NCBI GenBank assembly: GCA_050250375.1
Contig: JBFWOS010000001.1
Location: 830,361 to 894,360 of the forward strand
From: Candidatus Omnitrophota bacterium
GTDB lineage: Bacteria; Omnitrophota; Gorgyraeia; Zapsychrales; Zapsychraceae
Reading direction: 5' to 3'
Length of the DNA: 64,000 nucleotides
This document shows positions 57,344-64,000 of this stretch, piece by piece (the first letter of the stretch is position 1; each line of letters begins with the position of its first letter). Under the pieces are notes generated by a model, which ran no database searches, was not told the origin of the DNA, and saw only the letters and a list, made by a program, of their open reading frames with translations. Both the position numbers and the translations under genes were made by a program.

Positions 57344-58876
57344 TTATTTCGATTTTATTTTTAAGTTGAGCTGGTTCCCGGATATTTCCTCAAAGAACCG
57401 CTTGCGTTCCAGGAACGACGTCTTCTCCAGCGCCAGGCTGTCCTGTGCCAGGATGACCAGGTTGATTTCGCCCGGTTTGACAAATTCCACTTCAATCTTT
57501 TTTACTTTTTGTTTATGGGAGGCGTCCAGGGCATTGGCGATGCGCAGCAGCGATGTTAATTTCTGAACGAGGATCTGTTCGGTCGATGTCAGGTTCTGGT
57601 AATAATAATGTGAATTCTGCGGCGTGGCCTTGCGGTGATAACGGGCGATGCAGGCGATACACCGGATCTCATCAAATGTCAGGCGAAAAAGACTTAAGGA
57701 ATTAATGATATATTCCGTGTGTTTATGGTGTGAGCGGTTATTAATAAAAAGTCCGATATTGTGAAGATAGGCCGCCAGGTTTAAATAAAGCAGGTCCTTG
57801 TCTTCCAATCCCATGGACGGCTGAAACTGCTTGAACAATTCTTCTGAAAGCTGGGCGACGTGCCGGGTGTGTTTGATGTCCAGGTCAAATTTGTGGCACA
57901 AAAACTTGGCCACGGAAATGAGCTGATTTTCCTTATTATATTTCTGGGCCAGTTCCATCCCGAAAATGGTGTTGGCCAGCAAGGCCTCGGACAACGAGGT
58001 CTCCAGGATGTTGATCGTCCTTTTCTTCAACAGTTTGAACAGCTTGTTCAGGATGATCGCGTAGCCGTCAATCGAATCGGCCAACTCAATGGGAATGTCA
58101 TAAAAATCAGACAGGTCGTCCAGGTTCTTGCCCTGAATCCTTGAGATCAACTGATTGGACTCACGGAACTTGAATTGAAAAAAACTGGTCTGCCGGGTTT
58201 TATTCGGGAGGATCTTGTGCAGCGCCGCGGAATAACTTTCATCAATCAGGATAATATCATCAATCTTGATGTCCGGAAACGAGCGTTTGGTGTTGATGAT
58301 CTCGTTCTCGACATATTCTTCCAGGGCCTGATAAATTTCTTTTTTGGTGCCTTCGATACGGTTCCGGAACTGGGTCAAACGCAATGTACCCAGAGGCATC
58401 CCGAAACTGGCAACGGCAAAGCCTTTTTCCAGGACAGATATGTCCAGTGATCCCGCCCCGAGTTCCACGATCAGAAGATTCTTTTCATTGATGGGATAAC
58501 TTTTCTTCAGTTTGTAGGACAAAAACGCGTCGATGTAATAAACAACATCACCGACGTTCAGGACCTCGATCTCAAAACCTGTCATCCGTTTGACGGTATC
58601 GAGGAAGATGTCCCGGTTGAGGGCTTCGCGGACAGCAGTCGTCGCGATGATCTTGACTTTCTGGATTTCATACTGGGCGATGACGCTTTTATATTTATTG
58701 AGGACGCTGATGACATCATAAAAGATGTCCTGGGAGATTTTCCCCTTGTAGAAGGTACTTTTCCCGATCGCGTTGATATTCTTCAGGGTCTCCAGGATCG
58801 TAATTTCCTGGCCGACATCCTCACCGATGACCAGTTTGGTTGAATTTGACCCGATATCAATGACTGCTGCTCTCAT
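57344..58876 (-). CDS. ppx: Ppx/GppA family exopolyphosphatase homolog with degenerate catalytic motifs
   Basis: DIGSNS, ATTAVREA, ELGAGS and C-terminal HD-like domain (HN); the EEEA motif is absent. Confidence 0.85.
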   Translation of the reverse strand: MRAAVIDIGSNSTKLVIGEDVGQEITILETLKNINAIGKSTFYKGKISQDIFYDVISVLNKYKSVIAQYEIQKVKIIATTAVREALNRDIFLDTVKRMTGFEIEVLNVGDVVYYIDAFLSYKLKKSYPINEKNLLIVELGAGSLDISVLEKGFAVASFGMPLGTLRLTQFRNRIEGTKKEIYQALEEYVENEIINTKRSFPDIKIDDIILIDESYSAALHKILPNKTRQTSFFQFKFRESNQLISRIQGKNLDDLSDFYDIPIELADSIDGYAIILNKLFKLLKKRTINILETSLSEALLANTIFGMELAQKYNKENQLISVAKFLCHKFDLDIKHTRHVAQLSEELFKQFQPSMGLEDKDLLYLNLAAYLHNIGLFINNRSHHKHTEYIINSLSLFRLTFDEIRCIACIARYHRKATPQNSHYYYQNLTSTEQILVQKLTSLLRIANALDASHKQKVKKIEVEFVKPGEINLVILAQDSLALEKTSFLERKRFFEEISGNQLNLKIKSK

Positions 58877-58902
58877 ATCCCCCCGTCCTTTATAAGGATG
58901 AC

Positions 58903-58930
58903 ATTATACTACATCTGCCGCCAAACTCAA
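58903..58930 (-). promoter_or_regulatory. Sigma70-type promoter of the ppx-ppk1 operon
   Basis: TTGAGT-N16-TATAAT on the minus strand. Confidence 0.55.
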
Positions 58931-58935
58931 ATTAT

Positions 58936-59086
58936 CCTTTCCACTCCTCTGCGTTAATGACATCTCGCCCAAAGACGGACACCAAAAAGGCATACAGTGC
59001 TTGTTCAAGCGGACTGTATACCAATTTAGAAGGGTAGGATCTTTGGCAGGAGTAAAGAAGAAATTTAATGCGGGTCTTATGGAAGG
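58936..59086. ncRNA. Candidate rod-shaped structured RNA
   Basis: Five nested complementary segments in a 400-bp intergenic region; family not identified. Confidence 0.35.
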
Positions 59087-59211
59087 CTCCTATTAAACAA
59101 TGAGAAATTTTCATTTCTGATTGATCGTATTTTCCTTGATTTCCTAGTAATGTTATAGGCCGCTTGTGTTATTAATACGTGGCATCCTTGTGAACATTGG
59201 GAAAACTTTAC

Positions 59212-59255
59212 AAAAAAAACCCGTTTTTCCTAGAAACGACAGAAAAACGGGTTTT
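59212..59255 (-). terminator. Intrinsic terminator of the cold-shock gene
   Basis: CCCGTTTTTC/GAAAAACGGG stem with T8 on the minus strand. Confidence 0.85.
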
Positions 59256-59290
59256 ATTTAACAAGATCTATAGATATCTAAATTGAACGA

Positions 59291-59491
59291 TTACAATTTG
59301 ACAACATCTTTTGCTTGTTCACCTTTTGGTCCGTTGGCAATCTCGAATTCAACTGCTTGCCCTTCTTCCAATGTTTTGAATCCATCACCTTGAATATCAC
59401 TGTGATGAACAAAAACATCCTTACCAGACTCCAGCGCGATAAATCCAAAACCTTTTTGATTGCTGAACCATTTTACTGTACCTTTAGCCAT
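59291..59491 (-). CDS. cspA: Cold-shock protein
   Basis: GTVKWF, KGFGFI and DVFVHHS RNP motifs. Confidence 0.96.
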   Translation of the reverse strand: MAKGTVKWFSNQKGFGFIALESGKDVFVHHSDIQGDGFKTLEEGQAVEFEIANGPKGEQAKDVVKL

Positions 59492-59640
59492 TTAACTATA
59501 TCCTCCTTTCTTCGAAATATAGTAATGACGAGAGAAAATAGAAAAACCGCAAGGTCAATGTTCTCTAACCTTACGGTCTAGATCTTTTTCCTTTATCTCT
59601 TACTACTTATGGAAGAGTATGTACTATTTTCCAATATTTG

Positions 59641-61257
59641 TCAATTAAATTTTTTCTTGCCTTTATTTCGCTTGCGGCCGGAATCCTGTCCCTTCTGGGT
59701 CGCCTTCTGAACAAATTTTTTATTGCCTTTGTCAAGTTTGTTCAATGAATGCAGGACGATTTCGGCCTCGTTAAACGGAAGCGTGACAAATGAAAATTTA
59801 TCGAGCACCTGGACGTCACGGATGGCCCCCTGCGAGATGGCGCATTTCTTAATGATAATCTCAACCAATTTCTTTGGGGTCATCCCGTCGACTTTCCCGC
59901 TCTTGATAAACAAACGGGTTTTGCCTTTATGGTCAACCGGGGAGTCATTGATGTGCGAATAACTTTTTTCGTCCAGCGAATCCTGGAAGGAATATTCAAG
60001 CAACGCTGCCAGGACCGTTGACGGATCATTTTCTTCCAGCAGTTCCTGCGACATCGCCAGGTAATGCGGCTGCGGGGATGCCTGGATAATCTCGTTGATC
60101 TGGCTGATGATCCTGTTCTTCTTGGTCTTGATCAGGTCCCCCACCGTCGGCAGTTTGGCTTTTTTAATATCACTCTTAATGACGCGTTTGATAAACTGCA
60201 GCTTGCGGTATTCTTCAGAGGTGATGAACGTGATCGCGCTGCCTTCTTTCCCGGCCCGGCCGGTACGGCCTATGCGGTGTACGTACGACTCGGGGTCCTG
60301 CGGAAGTGAATAGTTGATGACATGCGTCAGGTTCTGGACATCAATACCCCTGGCGGCGACGTCGGTCGCCACCAAGACATTAATGACACCTTTCCTGAAA
60401 TTATTCAGGGTCTTTTCCCTGAGATTTTGCGAGATATCCCCGTGCAGACCGGAAGCGTCATACCCGCGTTCAATCAAATGGGAGGTGACCTGGTCCACGT
60501 CAATCTTGGTCCGGCAGAAAATCAGGCCGTAAAATTCTTCTTCGATATCAATGATCCGGCACAGGGCCTCGAATTTGTCGGAGGAAGAAACCTCAAAATA
60601 AATCTGCTCTGTCTGTGACGTCGTTAACTGGTCCTGGGTGATCTTGATAAACTCATATTCCTTCATGTATTTTTCAGCGATCTTTTTGATCGCGTTCGGC
60701 ATCGTCGCTGAAAACAGCAGGGTCTTCTTGTCTACATTTGTTTTCTCGATAATCTCCTGCACTTCTTCCTGAAACCCCATATTCAGCATTTCGTCCGCCT
60801 CATCCAGGACAAGATATTGGATTTGATCCAGCTTTAATGTCTTGCGGTTTAAATGGTCGATGATACGGCCCGGTGTCCCGACAACAATATCAACCCCTTT
60901 TTTCAGGCTGCGCAGCTGCAGGCCGATCGCCTGGCCGCCGTAAACGGGCACAATGGTGAATGCCCGGTTTCCCTTGAACGAACTGATCTCTTCGGTGACC
61001 TGGATGGCCAATTCCCGGGTCGGAGTCAAGACCAGGGCCTGCACCGTTTTGGACTTTCCCTTCAAATTTTCGAGAATCGGTAACCCGAATGCCGCTGTTT
61101 TCCCGGTCCCGGTCTGGGCCTGGGCGACCATGTCTTTCTGGCCGTTTAAAATGGCGGGAATCGCCTTTTGCTGGATCGGGGTCGGCACTTCAAACCCCCG
61201 GTCTTTTAATATTTTTAATGTTTCTTTGGATAAACCCAATTCAGTAAAATCATTCAT
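59641..61257 (-). CDS. deaD: DEAD-box RNA helicase with DbpA-type C-terminal RNA-binding domain
   Basis: GTGKT, PTRELA, DEAD, SAT and HRIGRTGR motifs. Confidence 0.93.
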   Translation of the reverse strand: MNDFTELGLSKETLKILKDRGFEVPTPIQQKAIPAILNGQKDMVAQAQTGTGKTAAFGLPILENLKGKSKTVQALVLTPTRELAIQVTEEISSFKGNRAFTIVPVYGGQAIGLQLRSLKKGVDIVVGTPGRIIDHLNRKTLKLDQIQYLVLDEADEMLNMGFQEEVQEIIEKTNVDKKTLLFSATMPNAIKKIAEKYMKEYEFIKITQDQLTTSQTEQIYFEVSSSDKFEALCRIIDIEEEFYGLIFCRTKIDVDQVTSHLIERGYDASGLHGDISQNLREKTLNNFRKGVINVLVATDVAARGIDVQNLTHVINYSLPQDPESYVHRIGRTGRAGKEGSAITFITSEEYRKLQFIKRVIKSDIKKAKLPTVGDLIKTKKNRIISQINEIIQASPQPHYLAMSQELLEENDPSTVLAALLEYSFQDSLDEKSYSHINDSPVDHKGKTRLFIKSGKVDGMTPKKLVEIIIKKCAISQGAIRDVQVLDKFSFVTLPFNEAEIVLHSLNKLDKGNKKFVQKATQKGQDSGRKRNKGKKKFN

Positions 61258-61331
61258 AAAGTATTTCGCCTTTCATCAAAAAATCTGAGTATACAACCAT
61301 CCGTTTTCTATCAGATCATCGATCAGTATTT

Positions 61332-62096
61332 TTAATTTTTAATAACACTTATATCGTCCAGGGCCGGAATATCCAGGTTTAATTCCCTGGCCTGCGCGAC
61401 TGCCCGCTGCAGACGGGCCGGGGCCGAGCGCCCCATACAGACATGGTCCGGGTCACCTTCAAACGCGTGAACCATCCCCGCGATCAACCGTTCCCGGTCC
61501 AATTCCTTGCCGGCGATCTTAAACTGGATATCAAGGACCTCCCGGGCTACCTGCCGGGCCAGTTCCTGGTGATGTTTCCACAAGTCGCCGACTGTGCCTC
61601 CGACCTTTAATCCGCAGACATTGGTTGTGAGGATATATAGATTCTTGAGGATCAATTCAAAAAGCAGGTCATCCGCGTTCTTCAGGATTCTGGCGGATAT
61701 TTTTAACGCGCCCAGGATATCCGAGACCAACGGCGCCTGCGGTCCGAAGACCGGAGACGGGATGATCACCTTGAAATCCCTGGGTTGTTTCTTCTCAAAC
61801 CAGACGGAAATAACCGTCGGCTCTACCTTGTACGCCGCCCAATCCTTCGGGAGCAACTCATTCTGTACCAGGACAAGTTTATTCCGCCACGTTAGAGGCA
61901 TGGATCCCATCACGGCATGAAAATCCTTTTCACCAACGGCGACAATGACGCAGAGGAAATCCTGACCTTGACGGTCCGCTTGTGCCAGGTCTGTTCCCCG
62001 CGTAACCGGATACACCGGATGCCCGAGTTTTAATAATCCGCGCGCGAACACACCGCCGATTTCTCCCGCTCCAATTAATGCGACTGGTTTCTTCAC
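61332..62096 (-). CDS. Rossmann-fold protein (ketopantoate reductase-like)
   Basis: IGAGEIGG, LVQNELLP and KNLYILT motifs; GTG start. Confidence 0.65.
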   Translation of the reverse strand: MKKPVALIGAGEIGGVFARGLLKLGHPVYPVTRGTDLAQADRQGQDFLCVIVAVGEKDFHAVMGSMPLTWRNKLVLVQNELLPKDWAAYKVEPTVISVWFEKKQPRDFKVIIPSPVFGPQAPLVSDILGALKISARILKNADDLLFELILKNLYILTTNVCGLKVGGTVGDLWKHHQELARQVAREVLDIQFKIAGKELDRERLIAGMVHAFEGDPDHVCMGRSAPARLQRAVAQARELNLDIPALDDISVIKN

Positions 62097-62109
62097 TGTT
62101 CCGCTTCCC

Positions 62110-62550
62110 TTATTGATTGGTAAATTTAAGTTTTGTCCCGTCAATTTTACGGTAATAACAGCCCAGCCTGGTCTGCCCGTTTTTATGTTTGGTGTGGCAC
62201 GATCCCTTGCCGACCATTTTAACCAGATAAAGCAGCGAATTTTGTTCGCAGTTCACATACACATCCACCAAATCCAATTGATCCCCGGATGTCAGTCCCT
62301 TCACCCAGAGTTCATTGCGGGATGTGCTCCAGAACGTGGCCACTTTGTGTTCCAGGGTATGCTTTAAGGCCTTGTCGTTGGCGTAACCGATCAGCAGGAT
62401 TTCTCTGGTGGCGGCATCCTGGACGACGACCGGAACGACCGCCTCTTGAGTCTGCGCGATCTTGCGCAGTTTTTCAAAATCAATCAGCATCTCCTCGCTT
62501 TCCTCGAGAAGGCTGGATGAAATCTCTCCCTTAAAATCTTTGCGGTTCAT
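62110..62550 (-). CDS. hisI: Phosphoribosyl-AMP cyclohydrolase
   Basis: VVQDA, FWSTSRNELWVKGLTSG, NCEQN, CHT and CYYR motifs. Confidence 0.92.
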   Translation of the reverse strand: MNRKDFKGEISSSLLEESEEMLIDFEKLRKIAQTQEAVVPVVVQDAATREILLIGYANDKALKHTLEHKVATFWSTSRNELWVKGLTSGDQLDLVDVYVNCEQNSLLYLVKMVGKGSCHTKHKNGQTRLGCYYRKIDGTKLKFTNQ

Positions 62551-62690
62551 GGCGCGTTCCTTTCTGGTAATAATCCTCGCTTCGCCCTGTCAACGCGCGT
62601 CGTTTGCAAGGCGGATAATTGAGTCCCCATTATACATGAATTCGCCAATTATACAAAACTTTGATTTGGACGGATGTCCGAAGGAATTAA

Positions 62691-63215
62691 TTAATTATTT
62701 AGGGAGGCGTTGTCAGAAAGGCACTTTTCCAGGGTATCCAGGATATCGTGCCGGGTAACGATACCGACGACTTCACGCTGTTCGTTGATTATAGGGACAC
62801 ATCCGATCTTCTTTTTTACCATCAGATGGATCGCGTCTTTGACAGAATTTTCCTCGGTCAGAGTCTCCGGGTCCTTGCGCATGACCCGGCACAGGATATA
62901 TTCATCAAGCGTTTGCCGGTCATAAAAAAACTGGTCATTCTCGACCAGCAGTTCTTTTTCGTAAAAAACCTCGCCCTGCTGATTTTTCCGGGGGGCGACG
63001 GTCCGGTAAATATCCCTTTGCGAAACAATACCGATTAGCCGGTTATTTTCGTCAATCACCGGCATATGCCGAATCCGGAATTCGATAAATTCCTGTTCGA
63101 CCCTGCTCAGATCAGCTGTTTCCCGGACGGTGTGGACCGGCCGGCTCATTACTCGGCTGATCTTCAACCGGCCTAAACCGTCTCTCATGAGCGCATTCAA
63201 CGTTTCTTCTGTCAT
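62691..63215 (-). CDS. CBS domain pair protein (AcuB-like)
   Basis: IRHMPVID..GIVSQRD and IGCVPII..GIVTRHD. Confidence 0.92.
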   Translation of the reverse strand: MTEETLNALMRDGLGRLKISRVMSRPVHTVRETADLSRVEQEFIEFRIRHMPVIDENNRLIGIVSQRDIYRTVAPRKNQQGEVFYEKELLVENDQFFYDRQTLDEYILCRVMRKDPETLTEENSVKDAIHLMVKKKIGCVPIINEQREVVGIVTRHDILDTLEKCLSDNASLNN

Positions 63216-63244
63216 CGCATTCTTCTCCTAGTGCTTCGGCATTT

Positions 63245-63628
63245 TTAAATACAAGCCTTTGCAAATTCAGGACATTTTTTAATGGCCGGAACCAGCCGTT
63301 CATAGATATCGCTTTTGGCAATAAAATCGAAAGCATTAACGTCTTTGGCCGCTTTTTTAAACGCTTCTATTTCAAACATGGTTAGTATGATTAAATGACA
63401 TGCGGGAAGGTCCTTGAGGATTTCCCTGGCGGCGGCCAGCCCGTTTAATTTAGGGAGATTGATGTCCATCAGGATAATGTGCGGCTTAACAAATGAGGCC
63501 TTGGTCACCGCCATTTCCGCCGAGGTGGCCTCGAATATTTCCAGATTCAGGTTTTGTGTGATCAAATAACTCTTCAGGATAGCCCTAAATTCGCAATTGT
63601 CATCAACCATTAACAGCCGAACAGACAT
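63245..63628 (-). CDS. Single-domain response regulator
   Basis: VDD, MDINLP, LT and K receiver motifs; no output domain. Confidence 0.9.
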   Translation of the reverse strand: MSVRLLMVDDNCEFRAILKSYLITQNLNLEIFEATSAEMAVTKASFVKPHIILMDINLPKLNGLAAAREILKDLPACHLIILTMFEIEAFKKAAKDVNAFDFIAKSDIYERLVPAIKKCPEFAKACI

Positions 63629-63750
63629 GGACGCTCCTTTTTTCCAGGTTCATGCTTTTCATTCAAAATAAATATAACATATCACCGGAAACTTCAAATT
63701 CGACCAAGTACGTATTGAACTCCGTAAGACTACTGAATCAAAAGAAAAAA

Positions 63751-63999
63751 TTAAACCAGCCCCTTGGAAATCGCGTATTTAACGAGCCCGGCAGTGGACT
63801 TAATACCCAGTTTGTTGGTGAGGTTATTCCGGTGGGTTTCTGCCGTCCTGATACTGATTTTCAGTCTGGAAGCAATATTTTTATTGGCCATTCCCGAGGC
63901 GACCAGATTAAGAACTTCTTTCTCCCGTTTGGTCAGGATATCCAGGGAAGGCGTATCCACCTCATCCATGGACCGGAGATAACGTTCCGTTTCCAATTG
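63751..63999 (-). CDS. NarL/LuxR family regulator, C-terminal HTH (5' truncated by the window)
   Basis: LTKREKEVL..G..NK.IA..L.IS.RT.E.HR..L..KL. Confidence 0.93.
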   Translation of the reverse strand, partial: QLETERYLRSMDEVDTPSLDILTKREKEVLNLVASGMANKNIASRLKISIRTAETHRNNLTNKLGIKSTAGLVKYAISKGLV

Positions 64000-64000
64000 G

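Noticed and set aside
58932-59114. 60-aa minus-strand ORF
   Set aside because: Weak RBS and no motif; the region is better explained by RNA structure, though coding is not excluded
1-64000. CRISPR arrays, tRNA/rRNA genes, transposases, prophage genes
   Set aside because: None recognised; intergenic gaps are short and lack regularly spaced repeats or cloverleaf motifs

Overview
A gene-dense bacterial chromosomal window with about 70 CDS, all but two on the minus strand. The gene content (TPR/ExbBD/vWA module, AsmA/TamB-like proteins, PilZ) suggests a diderm of the PVC/Omnitrophota type, but that is an inference. Recognisable genes are comM (partial), mscS, msrA, ileS, cmoA/cmoB, cls, ttcA, lepB, ppk1, a cold-shock protein, a DEAD-box helicase, hisI and two-component regulators. 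I saw no rRNA, tRNA, CRISPR array, integrase or transposase. Most notable items: (1) a c-di-GMP-I riboswitch with a 44-nt double-hairpin insertion inside its P2 stem; (2) an exbB-exbD-TPR operon whose TonB-like (SxxxH) partner ends in a MIDAS vWA domain, followed by an unannotated 48-aa lipoprotein; (3) a polyphosphate operon with a Ppx that appears to lack catalytic residues, PPK1, a metallophosphoesterase fused to a Ppx-type HD domain and a ROK-Mth938 fusion, followed by an unannotated 52-aa protein under Pho-box-like repeats; (4) a PGM1-type ATP-grasp ligase paired with an M20 peptidase; (5) a lone AT-rich Zn-ribbon/nucleoside-deoxyribosyltransferase-like gene; (6) a candidate rod-shaped ncRNA. 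All calls come from reading motifs by eye; no database searches were run.
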